NCBI GenBank assembly: GCA_034406555.1
Contig: DASCRM010000008.1
Location: 1-62,042 of the forward strand
DNA length: 62,042 nt
Direction: 5' to 3'
Source: Dehalococcoidia bacterium
GTDB lineage: Bacteria; Chloroflexota; Dehalococcoidia; UBA2979
In this document: piece after piece, positions 48,919-57,988 of the stretch
How the letters are laid out: each line of letters opens with the position of its first letter
Numbering within the stretch: the stretch's first letter is position 1
Notes under the pieces: model-generated
What the model was told of the DNA's origin: nothing
The model's input: the letters and a program-made list of their open reading frames with translations, nothing else
Database searches by the model: none
Program-made: the position numbers and the translations under genes

Positions 48919-49863
48919 CTACGGGGAGAGGAGAGCCAATAGCGGCTTCATGGCCTCTTCACTGCCAAGCAGGACCGGACTGGTTCCGTCGAGATCGGTG
49001 CTTCCTGCTGCGTCGATGCCCCAGGACCCATCCGCTACCAGGCCTCCAGCGGCTCGCGCAACGAAGGCCATCGGAATGAGCTCATAGTAGAGGCGAAGTT
49101 TGCCGCTCGGCCGCGCTATCGTGCCCGGATACGCGAACACGCCGCCCTCCAACAGGATGCGATGGAAGTCAGCGACGAAGCACCCGGTGTAGCGCAACGA
49201 CCGACGCGCTCGGATCTCGTCGATTAACTTCCGCGTCGAGTCGGACCAATCCTCCCGGTGACCTTCATTCACCGCGTAGATCGGACCGTCTTTCGGCATC
49301 TCCAGTCCGCTACCAGGACCGTAGGCGGCCAGGTCGGACACAGCCTTAAACTCGCTCACGCCTTCGGATGTCGCCACGACGAATGTCGTCTCCCATGAAT
49401 AAAGGGCATAGCCAGCCGCCACAACATCGCCGACCGCCCCGGACTGCTGGCCATTCGACTGACGAGCGACGGCGAAGATCGATCCAACTGGCCCGCCGGA
49501 GGCGACGTTTTTTGAGCCATCCAATGGATCAAGCAACATCAAATACGCAGAGGCATCGGAGCTGCCCGACGCACTCGTAGTGATCGGGGACTCCTCCGTC
49601 GCCACCGCACCAACGTACTCAAGTGACTCGAGCGTGGAGCGAAAGAGATCGTCGGTCACGAGGTCCAGCGACGTCTGCGTGTCACCAAACCGATTCTGCT
49701 CCTCTGCAGTCGAAGGGCTTGCCGTGAGGCCGTCCCGCAGCAGCGCGGCGATCTCCAGCGTGGTACTGGCGATCGCCGCGACGATTTCCGTCTGCGCCTG
49801 GTCTAGTCCGGCAAGAGGAAGGGGGAGCGCGGAGTTCGAAGTCGTGCCTTGCTTATTCTTCAA
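48919..49863 (-). CDS. fbp: class 1 fructose-1,6-bisphosphatase
   Basis: 314 aa with DPLDGSKNV metal site, RYTGCFVADFHRILLEGGVFAYP and GKLRLYYELIPMAFVARAAGG. These closely parallel E. coli Fbp motifs. Confidence 0.85.
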   Translation of the reverse strand: MKNKQGTTSNSALPLPLAGLDQAQTEIVAAIASTTLEIAALLRDGLTASPSTAEEQNRFGDTQTSLDLVTDDLFRSTLESLEYVGAVATEESPITTSASGSSDASAYLMLLDPLDGSKNVASGGPVGSIFAVARQSNGQQSGAVGDVVAAGYALYSWETTFVVATSEGVSEFKAVSDLAAYGPGSGLEMPKDGPIYAVNEGHREDWSDSTRKLIDEIRARRSLRYTGCFVADFHRILLEGGVFAYPGTIARPSGKLRLYYELIPMAFVARAAGGLVADGSWGIDAAGSTDLDGTSPVLLGSEEAMKPLLALLSP

Positions 49864-49914
49864 GTGGACTCCTCTTGCGTCTCTATCGGTGTGCGTTCCC
49901 TTGCTGGCCGGTCG

Positions 49915-50859
49915 TCATTTGAGAGGATACGACCGACGACCGTGAAACACGTCGAGCGCGTCATCAACATTCCATGAGTCGTATGTGATCGCTGCGATCG
50001 CGCGCGTCATCCTGATCGCCTCGTCCAGTGGCTTCTGGTGGATGTTCCGCCCGGTCGCACTACCCCTCGCGCCTGCAATGTTCAGTTGGTCATGCAACCC
50101 CTGGAGGAAGGATCGTGCGTCCACGGTCGCCCCCCCCGCCGAGATGACCCCGGTCCGTCCTGCGGCGCGAACAGACTCGATGAAAGCCTCCGGCTCGGAA
50201 TCAGCTGGGTAGTTGACCTTGCAGAAATCAGCACCCAGGGCGGCACCGACGCCAGCAGCTCCGGCGATCAGGTGTGCATCACGCTCATCGGCCACCGCCC
50301 GACCTCGCGGGTACGCCCAGACCACCGCGAGCAACCCTTCTCGATGTGCTTCAAGACAGGCTCTTGAGGCCTCAGCGAACTGCTCACTCTCGAAGCGGCT
50401 ACCTGGGTAAATTGTAAAACCAACGCCGACGATCATCAGACCACGCTCGCGCAGCCGCACCGCGTCTTGAACGCTAGCCCAGGCAAGGCTTCGAGGATCT
50501 TCCTCCGGACCCTTCAGCAGGTGTGTCTTGCTGTTCAGCTTCACGATGTACGGCACGTCGGCGTAGTCCAGGCCGTACTTTGCAACCAGTCCGAGCTGAG
50601 TGGCGAACGCTCCGATCACTCCACCCGAGGCGATTCTGAACAGATGCTCTGGGTCACCATCCTCAGAAGCGATTGGCCCGAGGCTGCTGACTCCGGCGAA
50701 GTCGTCATTCAGATGTTCAACCTTCTGATCGCCAGCGAACAACGCCAGTCGGCCCGTATCTCGTGTCGCGATGCTCCAGTTCTTCTCGAACACGCTCTCC
50801 ATGTCCGTCGGCACATCGGCTGGTGCGCTCCCGGAGGGCGCGTTCGTGGCTTCACTCAT
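49915..50859 (-). CDS. class I fructose-bisphosphate aldolase family protein (DhnA/FbaB, DeoC/LacD-type)
   Basis: 314 aa. TIM-barrel aldolase-like with a candidate Schiff-base Lys in ADFCKVNYP. Adjacent to fbp. Confidence 0.6.
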   Translation of the reverse strand: MSEATNAPSGSAPADVPTDMESVFEKNWSIATRDTGRLALFAGDQKVEHLNDDFAGVSSLGPIASEDGDPEHLFRIASGGVIGAFATQLGLVAKYGLDYADVPYIVKLNSKTHLLKGPEEDPRSLAWASVQDAVRLRERGLMIVGVGFTIYPGSRFESEQFAEASRACLEAHREGLLAVVWAYPRGRAVADERDAHLIAGAAGVGAALGADFCKVNYPADSEPEAFIESVRAAGRTGVISAGGATVDARSFLQGLHDQLNIAGARGSATGRNIHQKPLDEAIRMTRAIAAITYDSWNVDDALDVFHGRRSYPLK

Positions 50860-50874
50860 CGATTGACCTCCAGC

Positions 50875-51521
50875 TCAATAGCCTTTGCACACCGTGCCAC
50901 CGATTCGCCTGCCCGTGACGGCGGCGCAGTCGCTGACGAAGGCCAGCTTAGTGCATAGGATCCATCGGCGGTGCGGGGGCATCTTCTTCAGTCCGATCGC
51001 CTCGCCGATGCGATGCAGGATCATGCGGAGTGAGTTCCCCGTCGGGAGTGCCCGGCCATGGGAGCAGAGGAAGAGTACCCCTTTTCGCTCACCGCGAAAG
51101 CGCTCGACATGGTCGAGAAGCGCTGAGACGGCGATGTCGCCGATCTCGACCCAGCGCTGCTTCTGCCCCTTCGCGTGGCGCGCCTGAGCCGGAAGGCGGA
51201 GGAACGGCGTATCACCGGACGGACGGCGGCTGTCGCGAGCCATCCATGGCTCAGCGTGAAGGTTGAGCATTCACGCATCGGCGACTTTCGCGTCGGGCTG
51301 ATTGCCCTCCCGCGCGCGGGACCTCCGCCAACCAACGGGGAGGCCCCGCGACGAACCCGCCCGCGGGCCTCGGCTCCGGCGATGCGGATTCGCTCACCCC
51401 GTTCGTTGGTCAGCCGTTCCAGGAACGAGATGACGCAGACGCGCAGTGGAACACTCTGCTCATGTATGCGCCGTGCACAAGCGTCAGATTGGGGTCGCCG
51501 GTTTGCCTGTGCGCGGTTCAT
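50875..51521 (-). pseudogene. tyrosine recombinase/integrase remnant (frameshifted, degenerate)
   Basis: Two minus-strand frames. 51021..51521 holds an N-terminal SAM-like piece (ISFLERLTNERGE). 50875..51270 holds a C-terminal catalytic-domain-like piece (AKGQKQRWVEIG...LFLCSHGRAL...PPHRRWILCT...KGY-stop). The HxxR box is corrupted. Confidence 0.5.
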
Positions 51522-51601
51522 GGGACGTATCGACGCCAGTCTCCCCAGGATCGCTGCGACGCAAGCAACAACGCCTGAAGCGCCGAGAAGGAGGAAATCT
51601 A

Positions 51602-52039
51602 ATGGCAGACCAGGAATACATCATCTTGAGCGAACCCGAGGCATCTGCCAGGCTCGGCGTGTTCGCTGCGGCGGGGCTGTCCCGTCCTGACGTCGCCGTT
51701 CAGCTAGAGGAGGCCACACTCAGCCGGCGGGAGCATACGGATCTGCTCAGGAACCGGCGGACTAGGGCGATCGCGCCAGCGATGTCGATGAAGCTCATCG
51801 CCCCTGTCTCGATCAAGGCGGCACCTGCCGCGGCCGGCCACACCTGGGGCGTGGCGGCGGTGCACGCAGACTCATCAGGATTCGACGGCAGCGGAGTCAC
51901 CGACGCCGCTCGGAAGCTCCGCGTCGAGCTGGCAATCGCAATGGACGAGGACGGCGTCACGATCGAGTTGGCCCACGTCCCGGGGCGCCACGCCCGCTGG
52001 TATCAGAGGGCAGAGCTACCGAAGGCAGTCCTGACCTAG
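51602..52039 (+). CDS. hypothetical protein resembling the N-terminal ~100 aa of an S8 (subtilase) peptidase; catalytic domain absent
   Basis: ATG 51602 follows a strong RBS (GAAGGAGG). The stretch EYIILSEP...AIAPAMSMKLIAPV...HTWGVAAVHADSSGFDGSGVT stops just where the Asp-box (VAVLDTG) would be expected. The tail is unrelated. Confidence 0.4.
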   Translation: MADQEYIILSEPEASARLGVFAAAGLSRPDVAVQLEEATLSRREHTDLLRNRRTRAIAPAMSMKLIAPVSIKAAPAAAGHTWGVAAVHADSSGFDGSGVTDAARKLRVELAIAMDEDGVTIELAHVPGRHARWYQRAELPKAVLT

Positions 52040-52129
52040 GCGACCACGGGGAGTCCGTTTAGCGAGTCGTTGATCGAGATCGGCGCTCGCGCCTCCCGGG
52101 AGACCCCTCATGCCCGTTCGTGGGCTTGA

Positions 52130-52479
52130 AATCTGGCAGAGCCACACGAGCCCGGTGGGTCGAAGCGCTCAAGCTCACCATCGTTGAACGGCGACGACTG
52201 CATCCTCGCCGGCAGCGGCGGCGACCTGGTCAAGTCGGGCGGCGGAGCCGACGTGATCGTGGGTGGGGCCGGTGCGGACGACCTGCGCGGCGAGGGCGGG
52301 AACGACACGATCTATGGCCGCGACGGCGACGCCCTCAATGGTGGCAGGGGCAACGACATGCTGTTTGGCGACGAAGGCGACGAAGGCGACGACGCGCTCG
52401 ACGGCGACAAAACACCGACACCTGCACCGTGGATGTGGGGATAGACACGTTCACTAAGTGCGAGACCGAAACTCAATAG
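52130..52479 (+). pseudogene. RTX/hemolysin-type calcium-binding repeat protein fragment (no N-terminus, internal frameshift)
   Basis: The frame of ORF 52184..52444 encodes GGxGxD nonapeptide repeats (GSGGDLVKSGGGADVIVGGAGADDLRGEGGNDTIYGRDGDALNGGRGNDMLFGDEGD). This frame opens right after a stop at 52127. A typical C-terminal ...NTDTCTVDVGIDTFTKCE lies in another frame (ORF 52120..52479). Confidence 0.55.
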
Positions 52480-52611
52480 CCCTGGGGCCACAACTCCGTG
52501 GTCGGTTCCAGCATCGATGGATCCTGGAGCCCCCTGTTCGACGCCGCGAGGGAAGATGGGCTGTGTCGGTGGGGGACCCAACTCGAAGTCGAAATCAACG
52601 AGAGCCAAGGG

Positions 52612-55600
52612 TCACGAACCGCTCGCGTCCTCGGCCGCGAGCATGATCGGAGGACACTCCTCGTGGAGCGTGATGCGAACCGCCTCGCTGGGGCGCCCCG
52701 CGGCCTCTGCCTCCGCGTACGCAGCGTCGAGGATGCCCGCAGCAGCGGTGTCCAGCGATGCGTCGAGGTCGACGCAGACGTTCGCGGCGAAGACGTGGAT
52801 CCCATCGTGCGTCAGTATGTCGGGAGGGTCTCCGCCCGGCGGGGTGGGCGGCGTGATGGTCAGCGGCGGAGGAGGCGGGACGCTGCCCGGTGGAGGTGCG
52901 GTGTACGTCGCCTGCGCCGGCTGCCAGCCGGACGAGAATCGTGTCCAGATCGTCACGTAGAGCATCGACGAATCCGTTGGTAGCGAGGTCACTCTCACCC
53001 GGTCGGTCAGCCCCTGCGAGATACCGGCCCCGTAGATGTCGTTGTCGAAGGGCCGGGTACCGACGGAGAGCGCGTACTCCAGGGCATCCGTGCTCGCGCC
53101 CGCCCACGTGAACGTGATCGCCGGGCTCGTCAGCTCGAGGCCGGGCGCGGGCGCCGACATCGTGGCGAAGACTCCGGTGAGCGTGAACCGCGCCGGCCAG
53201 CCCTCGAAGCTGGAGTCCAGAACCAGGACGTTCGAGTTGGCCGGCGAGTCCGGAGCGACGAAGCTGGCTGTCGCCCTTCCGTTTCCATCGGCCGTCACGA
53301 ACTGCACACCACCTGCTGTGGCGACCTGCAGGGCCTCGTTCGGTTGAGCGCCGGTGATGGTCACGGCCACCGGCGTCCCCGGTGGGCCAGATGGTGGGCT
53401 CATGTTGATCAGGAGGGTGCCTGCAACCCCCGTCGATGGCGTGACTGGCGTGACGGCCGTCGGCGTCGGCGTTGCGGTTGCCGGCGTCGAGGCGGGGTCG
53501 GGTGAGGCCGTCGGCGAGGGTGAGGGGCTCGGAGTCGCCGTAGTTGTTGGCGTCGCCGTCGATGTGGCTGCGGGGCTGGGTGCCGGCGTCGGTGTCCCGC
53601 TCGCGACGACTGTCGGCAGTGGTGAGGTCAGCGCGCGAGTACCCTCGCCGAACTCGGACTGCAGGTAGTTCACGAGATCCCAGATCTGCTGCTCCGTGAG
53701 CTGCTCGCTCCACGCCGGCATGGCGGTGCCGGGAAGTCCGCCAGAGATGAACGCGAAGATCGATGGATCCGAGTGCAGGGGGATGTGCTGCACGAAGTCC
53801 GCGGGCGGGGGGACGAGCCCTGCGGCAGACGGCCCGTCACCGCGACCATCGGTGCCGTGGCAGGTCGCGCAGTTCGTGGTGAACAGCGGCTCGCCGCGTG
53901 CGATCGAGGTGGGATCACCGGCGTTGGGAGCGGTCTGCGGCGTGACCCCGTGCAGGTGCTGCTGGGCGGAAACCGCGAGCGCGCCAGCGACGAACACAGC
54001 GCCGACCGCGCCCCAGCGGATCGTCTGTCCGCGTGTCGTTTGGCTGCGGCGAATCGAGACGAGCGCTCCGACGCCCCCCATCATCAGCAGCAGCGCCCAG
54101 ACAATGTTGATGTCGAGCTGGGGCGCGGGTGAGCCGAAGATCCCGCTGCCGTCGCCGCCGGCGGCGCCGCCCTGTACCGGCACGCTAAACTGTGTCCGCG
54201 TGTCGTCGAAGCCCTCGCGGCGGACGTCAACGATCACTGCCCATGTCCGTGAGAAACTGGCGAAGACTGCGGAGGCCGTGAAGACCCCGTCGCCCTGCGA
54301 CTCGGTATCCAGCTGGTCGCCGGCCGCGGCCCCGATCGTAGCGTTGAGGTTCAGTCGCACCTGCTCGATACGTCCCGGATCACCCCCGTCTGAACGGTAG
54401 AGGTGTACGCGCAGTTCGTTGATCCCGACCTGCGCAGGCGTGACCTGCAGGTGCAGGTTCAGCTTACCCACCTGCTCGATGCGGTTGAACGGGATGGTGA
54501 CGGCGGTCGCCGTCTGGGCGACATCGCCACCCCTCGCCGTCGGCACCTGCCCGAGCACGGCCACGGCGAACAGCACGACGACTGCGAGCGCCGCCTCGAG
54601 TGGCAACATGCGCCGCAGCCTGCGAGCGGCGTCCGCGGCGCCGCTCGCTCCCTCGGCCCAGCGCGCCAGCAGCCGTCGGTTGAAGAGCGCGACTAGCAAC
54701 ACCGGAAGCAGCAGCACCAGCTTCACGAGCAACCAGCGGCCGTAGCCCGTCCCGGTCACTGCAGCGATCGTGGGCAGCTCACCGATCGCGCGTATCACAC
54801 CGGTTGTGCCCAGCGCGTAGAGCGCAGCAGCCGCGAAGACGGAGTACCTCGCGACGAGGCGAAGCAGACCGTCGTCGGAAGCTCCACCCGGCGGATCGCT
54901 ACGTCGCGCCCGCACGAAGAGCGAGGCGAGCAGCATCAATCCGCCGACCCACACCGCGGCCAGTTCGAGGTGGGCGAAGTCCACGAGGATTGCCCACGCG
55001 CGACCCGGCGCGGCCGCGGCGTGACTGAGCATCGTGACCGTGAGTAACGTGCCGGAAGCGAGCAGCGGGGGCGCGGTCAGCAGGGCAGGGTGACGGCGCG
55101 CGCGACGTGTGCTCAGCCCGAGCAGTATCGCGGTCAGAGCGACCACGGCTCCCGCGCGCCAGAGCCAGAACGTGCCGAAGCGGGACTCGGTGAGCAGCGT
55201 CCGTAGCGAGCCGCCCAGCGCCTCGTGCTGCGCATTGAGTTGGAAGATTGACCCGGCGATCGCCAGCGGCATCGCGGCGAGCGAGAGACGGAGGTACAGC
55301 GCCGACGCCGCCTCTCGGAACGCGCGCTCCTCGCGCCACACGAGCGCCAGCACCAGCGCCCCACCGAGCACCAGCGAGAGGCCGGCGAACGTGAACCAGC
55401 GCCCCACGACCTCCTGCGGAGAGTTGCCCTCGCCGAGGTCGGGTGTGAATGCGGTGCCGGTGGGCACCGTGCCGTCCACGTTCAGGACAGTGAACGTGAA
55501 CGCTCCGCTCCACCCGTGGCCGTCGCGCGTCGAGAGGGTGCGGTAGACGACCGTGTAGATGCCCGGTGCGAGCTCGCGAGGAAATGCGGAGAGGTGCTGG

Positions 55601-55863
55601 CCATCGGCGGGGTCGATGCGCATCCCGTCGAGCCGCAGCGAGCTGCCGTCGCTCGCCAGCAGTTCGAAGCGGCTGAATTCTGCCTCAAGAGGTTCCGAAA
55701 ACCACAGGTCGATTGAGCCGGGCGACGCGAGCAATCCCGACTGGCTGGCGGGCAGCGAGCGTACGAGCACCGCGTGCGCCTCGGCCGGCGTCACGCTCGG
55801 ACCGAGCAGAGTGACCAGCAGCGCAAACGCAGCGAGTGCGCGTACCAACGGACGGAGCGTCAC
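52612..55863 (-). CDS. multidomain copper-handling protein: CopC - CopD - YtkA/FixH-like - 2 TM - class I cytochrome c - Pro/Thr linker - unknown ~330-aa C-terminal region
   Basis: GTG start 55863 overlaps the upstream stop (GTGA). The signal peptide ends AEA-HAVLVRS (CopC with N-terminal His). CopD motif HLELAAVWVGG. Heme site CATCHG with distal GTAMPAW. PT-rich linker at about 53.4-53.64 kb. Confidence 0.8.
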   Translation of the reverse strand: MTLRPLVRALAAFALLVTLLGPSVTPAEAHAVLVRSLPASQSGLLASPGSIDLWFSEPLEAEFSRFELLASDGSSLRLDGMRIDPADGQHLSAFPRELAPGIYTVVYRTLSTRDGHGWSGAFTFTVLNVDGTVPTGTAFTPDLGEGNSPQEVVGRWFTFAGLSLVLGGALVLALVWREERAFREAASALYLRLSLAAMPLAIAGSIFQLNAQHEALGGSLRTLLTESRFGTFWLWRAGAVVALTAILLGLSTRRARRHPALLTAPPLLASGTLLTVTMLSHAAAAPGRAWAILVDFAHLELAAVWVGGLMLLASLFVRARRSDPPGGASDDGLLRLVARYSVFAAAALYALGTTGVIRAIGELPTIAAVTGTGYGRWLLVKLVLLLPVLLVALFNRRLLARWAEGASGAADAARRLRRMLPLEAALAVVVLFAVAVLGQVPTARGGDVAQTATAVTIPFNRIEQVGKLNLHLQVTPAQVGINELRVHLYRSDGGDPGRIEQVRLNLNATIGAAAGDQLDTESQGDGVFTASAVFASFSRTWAVIVDVRREGFDDTRTQFSVPVQGGAAGGDGSGIFGSPAPQLDINIVWALLLMMGGVGALVSIRRSQTTRGQTIRWGAVGAVFVAGALAVSAQQHLHGVTPQTAPNAGDPTSIARGEPLFTTNCATCHGTDGRGDGPSAAGLVPPPADFVQHIPLHSDPSIFAFISGGLPGTAMPAWSEQLTEQQIWDLVNYLQSEFGEGTRALTSPLPTVVASGTPTPAPSPAATSTATPTTTATPSPSPSPTASPDPASTPATATPTPTAVTPVTPSTGVAGTLLINMSPPSGPPGTPVAVTITGAQPNEALQVATAGGVQFVTADGNGRATASFVAPDSPANSNVLVLDSSFEGWPARFTLTGVFATMSAPAPGLELTSPAITFTWAGASTDALEYALSVGTRPFDNDIYGAGISQGLTDRVRVTSLPTDSSMLYVTIWTRFSSGWQPAQATYTAPPPGSVPPPPPLTITPPTPPGGDPPDILTHDGIHVFAANVCVDLDASLDTAAAGILDAAYAEAEAAGRPSEAVRITLHEECPPIMLAAEDASGS

Positions 55864-56480
55864 TTCTGCACCTCGCTGGGTTCGACAGGATCGCGCACAG
55901 CCCGCACGGTCAGCGCGGTGCTCACCGCAACGGCTGCCCCTGCGAGGAGGAGCCACCAGGGGAACGAGGCCTCACCCGCTCCGGCGGGGATCGACGTAGC
56001 CCGTGCCTCGTCGGCGGGACCGGACGCGGCTTCGCCGGCACCGGCTTCCGGCGTCGCGGTCGCGACCGGCGCGGACGGATCCACCGTGAAACGGAACTCG
56101 CCCTCGGCCGTGTCCCCATCGACCGCCGAGAGTGTGTGCCAGGAGACGACGTAATCGCCCGGGCTGAGCCCGGCCTGTAACGCGATGAAGAGGTGGGTGC
56201 GGTCCGCGTTGTCGAGCGTGAAACTACCGTCGTTGACCGGCTCTCCGTTCGGCCCGACGACGCTGAGGGTGTTCTCGCCCTCGCGTTTGAACATCTCCTG
56301 CGTGAACCAGACATCGACTCGCGTCGGCGCACGGACGACTGCGTCCGCCGCGGGCTCGGAGCGATCGTAGTTCGCGTGGGCGGTGACGCGGGAAGGCGCG
56401 ATGCTGACGACGGCGACGGCGACGACGGCGATGCCAAGCACCACCGCCGCCAACCACCGCGCCCTCCGCCGCGTCATCAC
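55860..56480 (-). CDS. CopC-domain copper-binding protein with C-terminal membrane anchor
   Basis: 206 aa. The signal/TM segment is followed by VTA-HANYDRSEPAADAVV (N-terminal His type CopC). C-terminal FPWWLLLAGAAVAVSTAL is a TM helix. Confidence 0.8.
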   Translation of the reverse strand: MMTRRRARWLAAVVLGIAVVAVAVVSIAPSRVTAHANYDRSEPAADAVVRAPTRVDVWFTQEMFKREGENTLSVVGPNGEPVNDGSFTLDNADRTHLFIALQAGLSPGDYVVSWHTLSAVDGDTAEGEFRFTVDPSAPVATATPEAGAGEAASGPADEARATSIPAGAGEASFPWWLLLAGAAVAVSTALTVRAVRDPVEPSEVQK

Positions 56481-56951
56481 CTAGTCGTGACCGTCATCGC
56501 CACCACCGTGCTCGCCGGCCGTGAGCCCCGCCTGCTCGGCGAGGAAGGTGAACCCGGCCCCGCTGAGCACGTGGAACGACCCGTGCGCGGGAACCACCGT
56601 CTCGGCGGCGCGTGCGACATCGTCCTCGGCCAGTGCCTTCTCGAAGTGCATCGACTGCTCGAGGAAGTCGGCGACCATCTCGTGCAGCCCCTCCGGCCAG
56701 TCGACGACCGCGACGGCCGTACGCGCATTGCGCAGGCCGCCGAGCCAGGCGGGTTCAATCCCTCCGCCTTCCTGCACCAGCATCTTGTGCATGTGGTGCA
56801 GCTGGGCGCTGCCTAGGATGTCGAGGGCTGCGAGCATCCCTCCGACATCGGCGGTGGCTTCGTGGCTCTCAGCGTCGTCGTCATCACAGGCGACCAGCAG
56901 TATCGCGCTCGTCGCGATCAGTAGCAGGACAATCGAAAGGTAGCGTCTCAT
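56481..56951 (-). CDS. hypothetical lipoprotein, His/Asp-rich (possible metal-binding)
   Basis: 156 aa. Lipobox LLVAC after a signal peptide. HHMHKM and a C-terminal EHGGGDDGHD tail. Its stop abuts the CopC start with zero gap. Confidence 0.55.
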   Translation of the reverse strand: MRRYLSIVLLLIATSAILLVACDDDDAESHEATADVGGMLAALDILGSAQLHHMHKMLVQEGGGIEPAWLGGLRNARTAVAVVDWPEGLHEMVADFLEQSMHFEKALAEDDVARAAETVVPAHGSFHVLSGAGFTFLAEQAGLTAGEHGGGDDGHD

Positions 56952-56987
56952 GACATCTCCATCTGCGTAGCTCGGTCGGGAGTCGTG

Positions 56988-57419
56988 TTACGCGGCGCGA
57001 GGCGGAGGCGTCAACGGGGAGAGTTGAAGGCCCGCTGGAGCTCGTTCTTGGACCGGTGGGGTGGCCACTGTGGGCGGATCGAAGCGGCTGATCTCGATAC
57101 CCGCCAGCAGGAGGTCGGCACTCGAGGGCACCGGCTGCTCGGCACAGCCGGCCGCGCCCTCATGACAGTGGTTTGCGTGATTGCCGTCGGACTCACTCGG
57201 CTGATGATGGGGGAGATGGACCGTGACGGCATCGGGCGGGGCGAGCTGTTCCCAGTGCCCGAGATAGGTCAGGGACGGCAGCAGCGCCGCGATCAACACG
57301 AGCACCATCAGCGTTGTGGCGCGGCGCTCGGTTCGTGTCGTGCTCACTGCGGTTGCCGCCAATGTCATCCACTGTGGACGATCGAAGTATAGGACGGCGC
57401 TGTCACTCAGTCGCTGCAC
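56988..57419 (-). CDS. hypothetical membrane protein with His/Cys-rich segment
   Basis: One TM (LMVLVLIAALLPSLTYL), then HLPHHQPSESDGNHANHCHEGAAGC. First gene of the copper operon. The start is ambiguous (GTG 57419, ATG 57368 or 57308). Confidence 0.45.
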   Translation of the reverse strand: MQRLSDSAVLYFDRPQWMTLAATAVSTTRTERRATTLMVLVLIAALLPSLTYLGHWEQLAPPDAVTVHLPHHQPSESDGNHANHCHEGAAGCAEQPVPSSADLLLAGIEISRFDPPTVATPPVQERAPAGLQLSPLTPPPRAA

Positions 57420-57501
57420 GACGGAGCCGCAGATCGCACGCCGCTCGCGTGTAGACTTTCAGCCTTCTCACGCGCGGCACGGATCTCGATCGAAATCTGA
57501 A

Positions 57502-57988
57502 ATGACGCCGTTTCGACGACTGGCGCTGATGTCTACGACACCGATCGCGATCGCGCTCGGTGTCGGCGGGCTCTCGGCCCACACAGGGCGAGCACACGGT
57601 CCGTCGCATGAAGCGCCAACCGGCGCGGCGCACGTCCTCGCTGCACCCCCACCGGGTGGCTTCACCGTCGGAGTGGCGGGGACGACGGACAAGCAGGGAT
57701 TTGTCGATGAGCAGACGTTCCCGGTCTGGATCGTGTGGCGCTTCGATGTTGCCCAGCAGCGCTGGCTCTCATTCAGCCCAAGAGGGGGCGCTCCCGTGGT
57801 CGCTACGATGCGGACGCTGAGCGAGAACGACATCGTCATTGCCTACGCGACGAGCACAGTCACCGGCACAGTGACATATCTCGAGCAGATCCCGCTCTCG
57901 CCGGGCGCCGTGATCGAGGTGAAGCTAGTCGATGTCTCACGGGCAGATGCCCTCGCCATCCTGGTGGCTGAGCAGGTAATCAGTGCTC
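57502..57988 (+). pseudogene. secreted protein with YbaY-like domain, 3'-truncated by junction with a tRNA-like fragment
   Basis: ATG 57502 with a signal-like N-terminus. VTGTVTYLEQIPLSPGAVIEVKLVDVSRADALAILVAEQVI matches the start of YbaY-type lipoprotein domains. Past about 57988 the ORF reads through tRNA-derived sequence (GQAGIEPATDGFKVQ) and into the next gene. Confidence 0.5.

Noticed and set aside
52184-52444. An intact 86-aa RTX-repeat mini-protein.
   Set aside because: The frame opens immediately after a stop with only a TTG start and no RBS. The family-typical C-terminus lies in a different frame. I interpret it as a fragment of a larger decayed gene.
53400-53640. Repetitive GGCGTCGGCG-type nucleotide pattern as a possible tandem repeat or CRISPR-like array.
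   Set aside because: It is in-frame coding sequence for the Pro/Thr/Ala-rich interdomain linker of the CopCD-cytochrome protein. It has no regular repeat-spacer periodicity.
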